DNA of 64,000 nt from an uncultured Collinsella sp. (GCA_902469435.1 CABRCR010000008.1:9805-73804), one strand, 5' to 3'; shown: positions 9,493 to 19,421, counted from the first letter of the stretch. A program made the numbers and translations. The notes: generated by a model from the letters alone, not told the origin.

Positions 9493-10560
9493 CTAAACGG
9501 CCTGTGCCAGCTTCTCGGCTCGCTCGGCGGCGGCGAGTGCCTCGATGACCGTGCCGAGCTGGTCGCCCAGGAGAACGCCGTTGTAGGTGGAATTGAAGCC
9601 GATGCGGTGATCGGTCACGCGGTCCTGGGGCTGGTTGTAGGTGCGGATCTTCTCGGAACGGTTGCCGTGGCCGATCTGGCTCTGGCGCTCGGCACCGAGC
9701 TCTGCCTGCTGCTTCTCGAGCTCCATCTCGTACAGGCGGGCGCGCAGCATCTGCATGCAGACCTCGCGGTTCTGGATCTGGGAGCGCTGTTCCTGCGACT
9801 GCACCACGGTGTTGGTGGGAAGGTGGGTGATGCGCACGGCGGAATAAGTGGTGTTAACGCACTGACCGCCAGGGCCGGAGGCGCAGTAGGTGTCGATGCG
9901 CAGGTCGGACTGGTTGATCTGAACGTCGATCTCCTCGGCCTCGGGAAGCACGGCGACGGTTGCCGTGGAGGTCTGGATGCGACCCTGGGACTCGGTCTTG
10001 GGGACGCGCTGGACACGGTGCACGCCGGACTCGAACTTCATGACGGAGTAGACGCGGTCGCCCTCGACCTTGAACTCGATGGACTTAAAGCCACCGGCCT
10101 CGCTGGGGCTGGAGTCGAGCACGGTGGTCTTCCAGCCGCGCGACTCGCAGAAGCGCTGATACATCTTGTACAGGTCGCCGGCAAAGATGGCCGCCTCGTC
10201 GCCACCGGCGGCGGAGCGGATCTCGACGATGGTGTTCTTGTCGTCGTTGGGGTCGCTCGGGATGAGCATGTACTTGATGTCTTCCTCGAGCTGGGGAAGC
10301 TTGGCCTCGTTTTCGGAGATGTCCATCTGGAGCATCTCCTTCTCATCGGCATCGGTGGTATCGTGGAGCATCTCCTTGGCGGCCTCGATGTCATCGAGCG
10401 CGCCGATGTACTCACGCGAAGCGGCGATGAGGTCGGACTGGTGCGCGTACTCCTTGTTGAGACGCGTGAACTCCTTGATATCAGAGGCGACGGCCGGGTC
10501 GGAGAGCTTCTTCTCGAGCTCCTCGTAGGCCTTGATAATCTTTTCGAGCTTGTCGCGCAT
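9493..10560 (-). CDS. prfA: Peptide chain release factor 1
   Basis: GGQ motif (SGPGGQCVN), PxT anticodon-mimic (VPKTE), GVHRVQR, IRTYN; upstream of prmC. Confidence 0.98.
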   Translation of the reverse strand: MRDKLEKIIKAYEELEKKLSDPAVASDIKEFTRLNKEYAHQSDLIAASREYIGALDDIEAAKEMLHDTTDADEKEMLQMDISENEAKLPQLEEDIKYMLIPSDPNDDKNTIVEIRSAAGGDEAAIFAGDLYKMYQRFCESRGWKTTVLDSSPSEAGGFKSIEFKVEGDRVYSVMKFESGVHRVQRVPKTESQGRIQTSTATVAVLPEAEEIDVQINQSDLRIDTYCASGPGGQCVNTTYSAVRITHLPTNTVVQSQEQRSQIQNREVCMQMLRARLYEMELEKQQAELGAERQSQIGHGNRSEKIRTYNQPQDRVTDHRIGFNSTYNGVLLGDQLGTVIEALAAAERAEKLAQAV

Positions 10561-10641
10561 GGCGGGACTCCTTTATATGCGTGAAGGTGAAAATCGGCAG
10601 AGTTGATGGGGCGCGCGGCGCCACTACGGGGGTAAGCCCGG

Positions 10642-10668
10642 CTAGAACATGTCGATCTTCAGATACAT
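10642..10668 (-). other. Putative leader peptide (uORF) of prfA, MYLKIDMF-amber
   Basis: GAAGGGA SD-like sequence 5 nt before the ATG; stop is UAG; second in-frame UAG at 10626-10624; readthrough frame ends at UAA 10575-10573 adjoining the prfA SD. Confidence 0.55.
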
Positions 10669-10769
10669 GCGCATCCCTTCGCGTATGGGGTACATAGTTG
10701 CGGTCTAACCCATACATGATAGCGTGCGCAGGCAAACCTGCATATAACCCGCACGGAATGATTGGACGC

Positions 10770-10848
10770 AGCCATTGGGGACGTTCCTTAACGACTAGTC
10801 GTTTGAGAACGTCCCCAACGGCTAACAAAGGGACTGTCGCTTTATCAC
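10770..10848. repeat. REP cluster: inverted pair of family B plus a degenerate family A copy
   Basis: GCCATTGGGGACGTTCCTTAACGACTAGTCGTTTGAGAACGTCCCCAACGGC palindrome followed by ACAAAGGGACTGTCGCTTTATCAC. Confidence 0.75.
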
Positions 10849-10851
10849 ATT

Positions 10852-12267
10852 CTAGAGCGTTTGGAGTAGAGCGACGAGGAAGCGGATGCCCTGGAGGTAG
10901 GCACGGCGGGTGATGCGCTCGTTGGTGCCGTGGACGCCGCGATCACACTCGTCGTCATCAACCACAAAGGCCGAGAAGCGAATGCACTCAGGGCAAATAC
11001 GCTGGTAGTTGGCAGCGTCGGTCGCACCGATCACGGTCGAGGGCACAATTGCCACCGGCTCGAATAATCCGTTTTCCTCCGTCCCCAAAGGCTCACGGAA
11101 ATAGTGGGCGGCGATGGCACGGACGGCCTCGAGCCCCGGCCCGCCGACACGCGGAGACGGCGAAGGCTCGGAGCTGCCGGGGCCGAGTTCGACCTCCACG
11201 CGCCCGGCAAGGCCCGCCGCGGCAACGGCCTCGCGGCAGCGAGTAGCGACATCGGCCACGCTCGTGCCTTCGAGCATGCGGAAGTTAATGTTGACCCACA
11301 TATCCTGCGGCATTACGTTGGCACCGGCACTGCCGCCCTCGATCTGCGTGGGCGCGCAGGTGGTCGTCACCAGCGGATAGAGCTTCTTGCTGGCGAGGCA
11401 ATCGCGGACAATGGCGCCGCCGTTGGCGGCAATTTCATCGGCCGTGTAGAGCCCCAGCTCGACGAGCTGGGCGGCAAGCAAGTCGGTCACGCGCGTCGGC
11501 CACTCGATATCGCAGATTGCGGTGATGCCGCGACTCAGCACCTCGAGCGACGTGCCGCCGTAGGGATTGGAAGAATGTCCACCCGCGCTCTTTGTCTTGA
11601 GCACAATGTCGGCATAACCTTTCTCAGCCAGGTCGGCGTGCATAAGCCAACCCTCGCCCGCACTGTACTCGGCAGCCGGAACGATGCGGTAGTCGCCCTC
11701 GTCGATCAGGTACTCGAGCTCAACGCCGCGCTCCTCGAGCGCGCGGCCGATGGCGCCTGCGCCGTACTGCGTCGTCTCCTCGTCCTGGCCAAAGGCCAGG
11801 AGCAGTGTGCGCTCGTGCTGCCAACCGTGCGCCAGCGCATACTCGACCGCTTCGAGAATGCCTGCGACCTGGTCCTTCATGTCGATCGCGCCGCGGCCCC
11901 AGATGTAGGTATCGTCCACGTGCCCGCTAAAGGGGGCGTGCGTCCAATCGGCCTCGGTACCCGGCACCACGGGGACCACGTCCATGTGGCCCATGAGCAT
12001 AACGGGCTTGAGAGCGAGGTCGGAGCCGGCAAGCGTCACCAATAGCGAATGGTCGATGAGCTCGACCTCGCCCGCCGCGAACACGCGCGGCCAGGCCTGC
12101 TGCATATAGGCGCGCAGGTCGTCGAACGGCTGCCAGTCCACCGCCTCGGCATCCATGCTCGAGATGGTCGGAAACGACAGCACGCGACCCAAGCGCTCGC
12201 TCGCGCCAGCTTCGTCCAAATCGGCAAAATCATCCTCATGCGCAAAGAAGCGCCAAACCTCGGCCAT
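10852..12267 (-). CDS. M20 family metallopeptidase/amidohydrolase (carboxypeptidase S / PM20D1-like)
   Basis: GHMDVVP, GRGAIDMK, QDEE, GGHSS and HGTNE metal-binding motifs. Confidence 0.88.
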   Translation of the reverse strand: MAEVWRFFAHEDDFADLDEAGASERLGRVLSFPTISSMDAEAVDWQPFDDLRAYMQQAWPRVFAAGEVELIDHSLLVTLAGSDLALKPVMLMGHMDVVPVVPGTEADWTHAPFSGHVDDTYIWGRGAIDMKDQVAGILEAVEYALAHGWQHERTLLLAFGQDEETTQYGAGAIGRALEERGVELEYLIDEGDYRIVPAAEYSAGEGWLMHADLAEKGYADIVLKTKSAGGHSSNPYGGTSLEVLSRGITAICDIEWPTRVTDLLAAQLVELGLYTADEIAANGGAIVRDCLASKKLYPLVTTTCAPTQIEGGSAGANVMPQDMWVNINFRMLEGTSVADVATRCREAVAAAGLAGRVEVELGPGSSEPSPSPRVGGPGLEAVRAIAAHYFREPLGTEENGLFEPVAIVPSTVIGATDAANYQRICPECIRFSAFVVDDDECDRGVHGTNERITRRAYLQGIRFLVALLQTL

Positions 12268-12339
12268 GACATCCTTTCGATTGTGATGACGAGGGCCGCC
12301 CCACCGGAGCGGCCCTGCTACATAAGCGTTTGCGGTCGG

Positions 12340-13125
12340 TTATTTGTCCTCGAGATAACGCGAGAGGAACTCGCGAGTGCGCTGGTGCTTGGGATTGCCG
12401 AAGAGCTCGGCCGGCGCGGCGTCCTCGAGCACCACGCCCTTGTCCATAAAGACCACGCGATCGGACACCGTGCGGGCAAAGGCCATCTCGTGCGTGACGA
12501 CGACCATGGTCATGCCATCGGCAGCGAGCTTGCGCATGACCTCGAGCACCTCTCCCACGATCTCGGGGTCGAGTGCGGAGGTCGGCTCGTCGAACAGCAT
12601 GATCTGCGGATTCATGCACAGGGCACGGGCGATGGCCACGCGCTGTTTTTGACCACCGGACAGGCGGCCCACGGCGGCGTGCGCGAACTTTTCGAGTCCC
12701 ACGCTCGCCAGATGCTCCGTCGCGACCTTTTCGGCCTCGGCCTTGCTCATCTTTTTGAGCGTGACGGGCGCGAGCGTACAGTTGTCGAGCACGTCCATGT
12801 TGTTGAACAGGTTGAAGCCCTGGAACACCATGCCAATGTCCTCGCGCAGTTTATTGATGTTGCAGCGCTCGGCGGTAAGGTCTTGGCCGTGAAACCAGAT
12901 GTGGCCCGCGTCCGGGGTCTCGAGCAGGTTAAGGCAGCGCAGAAACGTCGACTTGCCCGAGCCCGAGGCGCCGATGATGGTGACGACCTCGCCGGGATTG
13001 ATGGACAGATCGATGCCCTTGAGCACCTCGAGTGAGCCAAAGCTCTTGCGCAGGCCCTCGACGCGGATGAGCGGCTCATTGGTCTGTGCGGCGGCCGCAA
13101 CGCCGGTAGTGGCGGTATCTGCCAT
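12340..13125 (-). CDS. Polar amino acid ABC transporter ATP-binding protein (GlnQ-like)
   Basis: [36 protein letters not shown] and VTHEM motifs. Confidence 0.95.
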   Translation of the reverse strand: MADTATTGVAAAAQTNEPLIRVEGLRKSFGSLEVLKGIDLSINPGEVVTIIGASGSGKSTFLRCLNLLETPDAGHIWFHGQDLTAERCNINKLREDIGMVFQGFNLFNNMDVLDNCTLAPVTLKKMSKAEAEKVATEHLASVGLEKFAHAAVGRLSGGQKQRVAIARALCMNPQIMLFDEPTSALDPEIVGEVLEVMRKLAADGMTMVVVTHEMAFARTVSDRVVFMDKGVVLEDAAPAELFGNPKHQRTREFLSRYLEDK

Positions 13126-13147
13126 GATGATTCTCCTCGTCTTGAGC

Positions 13148-14296
13148 CTAGTTGGAGCTGGGCAGCGTGGCAGGGGCCTCGGCACCGAGTTTTTTGCCAA
13201 AGGCTTCGAGCAGGCGGCTCGCCACGAGCGTCAGGATCAGGTAGACCACGAGCGCCACGCAGTAGACCTCCATCTGGCGGTAGTACACGCCGGCGACCGT
13301 GGTAGTAGCGTACATGAGGTCGAACACGCCGATGACCGAGAGCACCGACGAATCCTTGATGTTGATGATGAGCTCGTTGGTGAGCGCCGGGATCGCGTTT
13401 TTAATACCCTGGGGGAACACGACCTTGCGCATAGCCTGCCACTGCGACAGGCCCAGCGAGCGCGCTGCCTCGGCCTGGCCGGGATCGATGGACTCGATGC
13501 CGCCGCGCAGGACCTCCATCATGTAGGCGGTGGAGTTGAGCGAGATGGTGACGAGGCCGGCGGTGAAGGTACTCCAGATCTGGTTGGCCTGGGCGGTCTC
13601 GAAGCCCATGCCGCGCAGAACGGTAAAGCCCGCGTAATAGATGAGCAGGCCCTGGACCATCATGGGCGTGCCGCGCACGACGGTGGAATAGACGGTCGCA
13701 AAGCCTCGGCCAATGCTCTTAAAGAAGCGCACCAGGTCGTTGTCGACGCGATCGAAGGTCTGGGTGCGCAAGAACACAAAGAGCAGCGCCAAGAAGAAGG
13801 CGATGACGGTGCCGAAGGTGGCAAGCGCGATGGTGATCTCGATACCGCGGATAAAGAAGTCGCCGCTCTTGTAGGTCATGTAGACCAAGCTCGACAGAAA
13901 GTCGCTGGGATTGGAGTCCGAGACAATGCTCACCTGCACCAGGTCGACAAACGACATGACGCAGCGGTCGATAAAGAAGATCGCCGCGATGGCAACCACG
14001 ACATAGCTGCCCAGGCGCGCGCCGCGACGGCAACGCTCGGATGCGAACGGCGACGTTTCGCGATAGTCGTTCCAGTGCATAAGCTTGGTGACGAGCGCTG
14101 CCACCGATACGACGATCCAGGCCCACAGAATCGCCCAGAGACAATCCTGGAACACGCCCGTGGGCGCCAAGAAGCTCAGCGGCGTTGGGTTGCGCTGGCT
14201 AAACGCCAGACCGAGCGCCGCGATAGCGCTCGTGCCCAGATACACATAACGGTGGTCGGCCTTGATAAAGGAGGCCAGACGATTGATAGCTTTCAT
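13148..14296 (-). CDS. Polar amino acid ABC transporter permease with N-terminal membrane extension
   Basis: [33 protein letters not shown] (EAA loop), NIKDSS. Confidence 0.93.
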   Translation of the reverse strand: MKAINRLASFIKADHRYVYLGTSAIAALGLAFSQRNPTPLSFLAPTGVFQDCLWAILWAWIVVSVAALVTKLMHWNDYRETSPFASERCRRGARLGSYVVVAIAAIFFIDRCVMSFVDLVQVSIVSDSNPSDFLSSLVYMTYKSGDFFIRGIEITIALATFGTVIAFFLALLFVFLRTQTFDRVDNDLVRFFKSIGRGFATVYSTVVRGTPMMVQGLLIYYAGFTVLRGMGFETAQANQIWSTFTAGLVTISLNSTAYMMEVLRGGIESIDPGQAEAARSLGLSQWQAMRKVVFPQGIKNAIPALTNELIINIKDSSVLSVIGVFDLMYATTTVAGVYYRQMEVYCVALVVYLILTLVASRLLEAFGKKLGAEAPATLPSSN

Positions 14297-14305
14297 GCTG
14301 CCTCC

Positions 14306-15232
14306 CTATGCCGGCTGACGGTCGAGGCACGCGTCCCACATCTGGTCGCGCTCCTCCTGGCTGATGCCCTTGAGCGTCTTATCGATAAGTTTGAGCAGCT
14401 TGTCCGAGCCCTTGCGGCAGCCGACGTTTGTCGTAACCTCCTGCTTAAAGCCCTCGCCCTCCGCAAAGCGAATGGGCACGATGCCCGGGTTTTGGGCCAT
14501 ATAGCCCTTCTCGTTTTCGGTGTTGTAGGTCACGGCGTCACAAGTGCCCTGCAGCAGGTTCGAGAACACCGTGGGTACCGAATCGACCGGATTTTTGTGG
14601 ACGACGCCCGGAATCTCGTCGATGACGGTGTCGAGCATCGTGTCCTTTTGGCCGAGCACCGTGGCGCCGCTAAAGTCGCTGAGCTTGGTCGCGTTTTGGT
14701 AGGGCGAGCCCTCTTTTACGAACAGGCCAAAATAGCCGATAAAATACGGCTTGGAAAAGCCGACGGACTCCTCGCGCTCGGGCGTGGCGCTCATGCCGGC
14801 GATGATGAGGTCGATCTGGCCGTTGTTAAGCGAATCGATAAGGCCCGAGAAGCTCTGCTTGACGGCAACAGGCTCGCCGCCGAGGGCTTTGCAGACGATC
14901 TTGGCGATCTGCACGTCGTAGCCGTCGGCATAGGCGCCCTGCACGTTGTCGATGGGAATGGTGAACTCGCTGGCCTCGGAAACCTGCCAGTTGTACGGGG
15001 CGTAGGCCGCCTCCATGCCAATGCGGATCTTATCCTTGCCGATAACGGAATCGGACAGGTCATCGCGACCGCCGCCCGTCGTGGGCTGGACCACCTTGAG
15101 TGTGGACGGACGCTGGCAGCCGGCAAGCGCGCCGGCGACAACGGTTGCGCTCGCAGCGAGGGCGCTACCCAAGAAGATGCGACGACTGCACACCGGCTGG
15201 GCCTGCGCGTCGCGCTGTAGTCGAGGTTGCAT
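14306..15232 (-). CDS. Amino acid ABC transporter substrate-binding lipoprotein (family 3)
   Basis: SRRIFL twin-arginine-like motif, LAGC lipobox, GMEAAYAPYNW, DLIIAGMSATPER. Confidence 0.9.
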   Translation of the reverse strand: MQPRLQRDAQAQPVCSRRIFLGSALAASATVVAGALAGCQRPSTLKVVQPTTGGGRDDLSDSVIGKDKIRIGMEAAYAPYNWQVSEASEFTIPIDNVQGAYADGYDVQIAKIVCKALGGEPVAVKQSFSGLIDSLNNGQIDLIIAGMSATPEREESVGFSKPYFIGYFGLFVKEGSPYQNATKLSDFSGATVLGQKDTMLDTVIDEIPGVVHKNPVDSVPTVFSNLLQGTCDAVTYNTENEKGYMAQNPGIVPIRFAEGEGFKQEVTTNVGCRKGSDKLLKLIDKTLKGISQEERDQMWDACLDRQPA

Positions 15233-15328
15233 CTGATGCCTTCCTGTTTTGCTTTGCTGACAATAAGACAGGATATACGCCCGCAACCAGCAACGCGGCA
15301 TGTGCGCGAAAAATTAATAGACACACAG

Positions 15329-15358
15329 TAGTCGTTTAAGAACATCCCCAATGGCTAC
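15329..15358. repeat. REP-like repeat, family B copy
   Basis: TAGTCGTTTAAGAACATCCCCAATGGCTAC. Confidence 0.7.
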
Positions 15359-15363
15359 CTACC

Positions 15364-15398
15364 AAAAAGCCTCCCTGCCGGATGTGGCAGGGAGGCTT
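15364..15398 (-). terminator. Rho-independent terminator downstream of the aldose epimerase gene
   Basis: 13-bp stem AAGCCTCCCTGCC/GGCAGGGAGGCTT followed by a U-run on the minus strand. Confidence 0.75.
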
Positions 15399-15410
15399 AG
15401 CGGGCGGGAA

Positions 15411-15437
15411 GGGACAAAGGGACTGTCCCTTTGTCAC
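15411..15437. repeat. REP-like palindrome, family A
   Basis: GACAAAGGGAC-T-GTCCCTTTGTC; also at 17455-17481, with variants at 10825, 52866 and 55119. Confidence 0.8.
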
Positions 15438-15439
15438 AT

Positions 15440-16333
15440 CTAGAGCAAGGTGACGCTAAAGCTACGTTTATCGGTAGCGCCGGGAGCCAAGGTGATGGTG
15501 TTGACCTTGTGCTCAAAGACGTCGTCCTCGGTGTCCATGGTGGTATGACCGGTCCAGGGCTCGAGCGCCACAAACGGAGCGTCGTTGGCGGCAGACCACA
15601 CGCCGATGTACTTAAAGCCCTCAAAGTCGATCTTGACGCCGTGGCCCGACTTGCGACCGCGCAGCGTGAGCGTGGAGCCCGGGGCATCGGTGAACATGAT
15701 GGCATCGTTATCGAAGCTGCGGTGCGTAATGGGCAGCACGTCCGAGTTATCGGGAGCCTTGTAGCTACCCTCGAACGTCATAAGACCGTCGGGCGTGATG
15801 ATGGGGGCCTCGTTAGTCCAAGCCTCGGTAAACGCCAGCTCGTAATCCTCGAATGCCTCGTCCTCGGCACCGGGGGCAGGCACGTTAAATGCGGGGTGGC
15901 CGCCCACCGAGAACGGCAGGTCCACGTCGCCGGTGTTGGTGACGGCAAAAGTCTGGGTAAGCGTGGCGTCGCCGGTTAGGGCATAGGTCATGTTGAGCTT
16001 AAAGTGGAAGGGGAAAGCCTTGAGCGACTCGGGCGTATCGGTGATCTCGTAGGTGACGGACGAGCCGTCCTCGGAGACCTCGACCAGCTTGTGCTCGACG
16101 ATGCGCGCGAGTCCGTGGCGCGGCATCTCGCAGGTGCCGGCCGCAGACGTCGCCGTGTTGTTGCGCAGCGAGCCCACAATGGGGAACAGAATGGGCGCGT
16201 GCTTGCCCCAAAAGGCCGGGTCGCCCTGCCACAGATACTCGTTGCCGTTGAGGGCAAGGCTCGTGAGCTGGGCGCCCATGGAATCGATGGCCGCGGTAAG
16301 GCCGCCGCGCTTGATGGTGGTGACGGTAGACAT
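15440..16333 (-). CDS. Aldose 1-epimerase family protein (LacX-like)
   Basis: EYLWQGDPAFW..HAPILFPIVG, HGLAR, GGHPAF and FVALEPW motifs. Confidence 0.9.
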   Translation of the reverse strand: MSTVTTIKRGGLTAAIDSMGAQLTSLALNGNEYLWQGDPAFWGKHAPILFPIVGSLRNNTATSAAGTCEMPRHGLARIVEHKLVEVSEDGSSVTYEITDTPESLKAFPFHFKLNMTYALTGDATLTQTFAVTNTGDVDLPFSVGGHPAFNVPAPGAEDEAFEDYELAFTEAWTNEAPIITPDGLMTFEGSYKAPDNSDVLPITHRSFDNDAIMFTDAPGSTLTLRGRKSGHGVKIDFEGFKYIGVWSAANDAPFVALEPWTGHTTMDTEDDVFEHKVNTITLAPGATDKRSFSVTLL

Positions 16334-16412
16334 GCTACTTCCTCCAAAAGTAAACAACAGTGTCGAGGGCTATTGTCCCACTCTTGGCGGCGGGGTTGAG
16401 CGTCAGGCGCAG

Positions 16413-17282
16413 TTATTGAGCAATAGCGTAAAGGTCAAACCCGCCCTGTGGCGTGCTATCGACCGTATCGGGCGCCTGTGAATTAAAGCTCACCGGAACC
16501 ATGCGCTTTGAGGCGCGGTAACGCGTGCCGTCGGTGGCGACGGGCGGCTCATCGACCGTGAGCTCGTAGTCGCCGGGCTTGAGCTCGATACCGTCACCTT
16601 CGGAATTGACGTATTGATACTCGTCGATTGCTTGTCCCTTGAGCGTGCGACCCACGATATGGACGAGCATCTGGCTGTCGCCGCGGGCGGTGTCCCATGT
16701 CGCACCGTCCTTAACCTCGACCGACACATGCACCGAGCGCGTGCGGCTGAGCGATTGCTCGACAGACATCTCGACCTTGGCGGCGTCTTGGCGCTGCTGC
16801 TCGACATGACCCCAGATGCTGCCGATCGCCGAGCAAGCGATAACGCCGGCCATAAAGGCGATGAGAATGGGGCCGAGCGGAGAGCGACGGCCCGCGTCTT
16901 CCTCGCGAGCCAGGTTGGGGCGATGGGTGGGGGCGGGCGCCTGGGCACCCTGCGCGGGCACGTCGAGTATGCTGAAGGATGCCGTGCTGCCGGGGTCGAT
17001 GGTATGGCGCGGCTGTGGGGTCTTTGCCGGCGAGATCGACATATCAGCCGGCTCGCCGAGCGTGGCCGTGGCATCGGCCTTCGCCTCGTCGGCCTCGGCC
17101 TGGGCCCAAGCCTGTTCAAAGGTTAGGGGTTCGGCGGCATCGGAGGCGGCTTCAGGCTCGACACCGGCATCGTTGCCGGTCTCGTCCTCGTCGCTCGACA
17201 CGTCACACGGCGCGGGCTCGTCCCACTCTTCGTCCGGAGCCTCGCCCTCGCTATACCACCATTCAAAGTTATCGATATCCAT
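16413..17282 (-). CDS. Hypothetical single-pass membrane protein
   Basis: Acidic low-complexity N-terminus, one TM helix (PILIAFMAGVIACSAIGSIW), beta-rich C-terminal region. Confidence 0.7.
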   Translation of the reverse strand: MDIDNFEWWYSEGEAPDEEWDEPAPCDVSSDEDETGNDAGVEPEAASDAAEPLTFEQAWAQAEADEAKADATATLGEPADMSISPAKTPQPRHTIDPGSTASFSILDVPAQGAQAPAPTHRPNLAREEDAGRRSPLGPILIAFMAGVIACSAIGSIWGHVEQQRQDAAKVEMSVEQSLSRTRSVHVSVEVKDGATWDTARGDSQMLVHIVGRTLKGQAIDEYQYVNSEGDGIELKPGDYELTVDEPPVATDGTRYRASKRMVPVSFNSQAPDTVDSTPQGGFDLYAIAQ

Positions 17283-17454
17283 ACGGGGCGCCCCCTTGGC
17301 CTCGCAAATAAACACTTGCTAGCCTTATACCCCCAGATGACACGGGAGCTCGCCGGCACAGACAGGAAAAGCGTCACAACATTCGAGGCTTTTCCTCGTT
17401 TTCGAGATTTTCATCGAATGTTGTGATGGTTTGGGCGGCAGCCATGCCGCGAAT

Positions 17455-17481
17455 GTGACAAAGGGACTGTCCCTTTGTCCC
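17455..17481. repeat. REP-like palindrome, family A
   Basis: GTGACAAAGGGACTGTCCCTTTGTCCC. Confidence 0.8.
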
Positions 17482-17540
17482 TTCTGTTAGAGTTGCAGGG
17501 ATTGAATCCCGCTTATTCATGCGACATTGGAGTGACAGCC

Positions 17541-18776
17541 TTGACCGCCGCAACCACGCCTAAAAGTAAGTCAACCGCCGCCGCGCTCTCCCCCGCGCGC
17601 ACCAAGCTCTGCCTGGCGTTGCTCGTGCTGTTGGGATTCTCGCTCGGCTGCTCCGAGTTCGTGGTCATCGGCATCGAAAGCGACTTGGCAACGGAACTCG
17701 GCATATCGCTTGCCACCGCGGGCCAGCTCATCAGCGTGTTCGCGCTCGTCTACGCTATCGCCACGCCGGTGCTTGCGCTCAGCACGGGGCGCTTCCGTCG
17801 TTACCAGCTGCTCGTGTGCTACAGCATTATCTTTGTGCTCGGCAATCTGGTCATGGCGTTGGCGCCCAACTTCCAGGTACTGTTTATCTCGCGCATTGTC
17901 CTGGGATCCGTCTCGGGCGCACTGCTCGCCGTGGGCGTGACGTACATCCCCGAGCTGCTGTCCCCGCAGCAAACTTCGCTTGCCATCTCGGTGGTATATG
18001 GTGCGTTTTCCGTGGCGATGGTCTTTGTCACTTCGATCGGCAAGTTTGTGGCCGACACGCTCGATTGGCACGTGGCCATGTACGGCACGCTGACCTTTGC
18101 CGTTTTGATCTGCGGAGCGCTCGTGGCGTTTATGCCGCGCGCCGGGCAGACCGACGAGCCTGCCACCTTTCGCGAGCAGGCGGGGCTCCTACGCGAACCG
18201 AGCATCATCACCGGCATGCTCATCTTTTTGTTTGGCGTGGGGTCGGTCTACGTATTCTACGGCTACGTGACGCCTTATCTTGAGCAGGTGCTGGGTATGG
18301 GCACCGTTCAGGCGAGCACCACGCTTATGGCCTACGGCGTGTTCTGCCTGATCTCGAACATCCTGGGCGGATGGATCGATGCGCGCTTTGGCATGAAGGC
18401 GCTGCTTGTGACGTTTGTGTTGCAGGCTGCGGCGTTACTCGGGCTGTTTGCCGTGGGCGGCACCATGCCGCTCGCGCTGGTCTTTGTCTTTAGCTTGGCG
18501 TTGCTCATGTACCTGTTCTCGGTGTCGTGCATCACGCACTTTATGGACGTGGCACGCAGCCGCCATCCCAAGTCGATGGTACTTGCAAGTTCGGTTGAGC
18601 CCATGGCGTTTAACGTCGGCATCTCGTTTGGCACTGCAGTGGGCGGCGCCGTGGTAAGCAGCATTGGCATTGCGTACGTGGGTGCCGTGGGCGCCGCGTT
18701 CTCGCTTGTGGCCTGGGCGCTTACGCTGGTGACGATTAAGCTCGCCCGTTGGGAGCGCAAGCGGGCGAGGGCGTAG
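17541..18776 (+). CDS. MFS transporter (AraJ/NepI/PbuE-like exporter)
   Basis: About 12 TM helices; GCSEFVVIGI..LATELGISLATAGQLIS motif; probable TTG start after GGAG. Confidence 0.88.
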   Translation: MTAATTPKSKSTAAALSPARTKLCLALLVLLGFSLGCSEFVVIGIESDLATELGISLATAGQLISVFALVYAIATPVLALSTGRFRRYQLLVCYSIIFVLGNLVMALAPNFQVLFISRIVLGSVSGALLAVGVTYIPELLSPQQTSLAISVVYGAFSVAMVFVTSIGKFVADTLDWHVAMYGTLTFAVLICGALVAFMPRAGQTDEPATFREQAGLLREPSIITGMLIFLFGVGSVYVFYGYVTPYLEQVLGMGTVQASTTLMAYGVFCLISNILGGWIDARFGMKALLVTFVLQAAALLGLFAVGGTMPLALVFVFSLALLMYLFSVSCITHFMDVARSRHPKSMVLASSVEPMAFNVGISFGTAVGGAVVSSIGIAYVGAVGAAFSLVAWALTLVTIKLARWERKRARA

Positions 18777-18833
18777 GCTTAGGCTTAGCTGCGATACTCG
18801 AGCTCGATGATGGCGATCGAAAGGAAACCGCAT

Positions 18834-19280
18834 ATGCAACGTGTACTGTTTATCTGCCACGGCAACATCTGCCGCTCGACCATGGCCGAGTCGGTGTTTA
18901 CCGAGCTGGTGCACCGCGCCGGGCGCGCGGGCGAGTTTGTCATCGATTCCGCGGCGACCTCGACCGAGGAGCTTGGCAACCCACCGCACCGTGGCACCGT
19001 CGCCAAGCTGCGCGAGGTCGGGATTCCCGTCGTTGCCCACCGCGCGCGACAGGCGCGTCGCGCGGAGTATGGCGACTGGGATCACATTGTCTATATGGAT
19101 GCCGAGAACGCGCGTGGCCTGCGTCGCATCTTTGGCAACGACCCCGACGACAAGATTACGCGCTTGCTCGATTGGACCGAGCGCCCCGGCGACGTGGCCG
19201 ACCCCTGGTACACCGGCAACTTCGATGCCACCTATCGCGACGTGCTCGACGGTTGCACTGCCATGCTCGAGCAGATGTAG
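18834..19280 (+). CDS. Low molecular weight protein-tyrosine phosphatase
   Basis: CHGNICRS P-loop and DVADPWY. Confidence 0.93.
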   Translation: MQRVLFICHGNICRSTMAESVFTELVHRAGRAGEFVIDSAATSTEELGNPPHRGTVAKLREVGIPVVAHRARQARRAEYGDWDHIVYMDAENARGLRRIFGNDPDDKITRLLDWTERPGDVADPWYTGNFDATYRDVLDGCTAMLEQM

Positions 19281-19325
19281 GTTCGCGGGCGCACAAACCG
19301 CGCGAACCACGTCATCGGTATACAT

Positions 19326-19420
19326 TGAGCGTGGATTTTCTCCCGTATACAGATCGAGCGTGGAAAATCTCCCACTTTGAGCATTCAAGTGCGCTCTAAA
19401 CGGGAGAAAATCCACGCTCA
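19326..19420. repeat. Intergenic 21-bp perfect inverted repeat between convergent genes
   Basis: TGAGCGTGGATTTTCTCCCGT (19326-19346) / ACGGGAGAAAATCCACGCTCA (19400-19420), with a partial internal third copy. Confidence 0.75.
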
Positions 19421-19421
19421 C

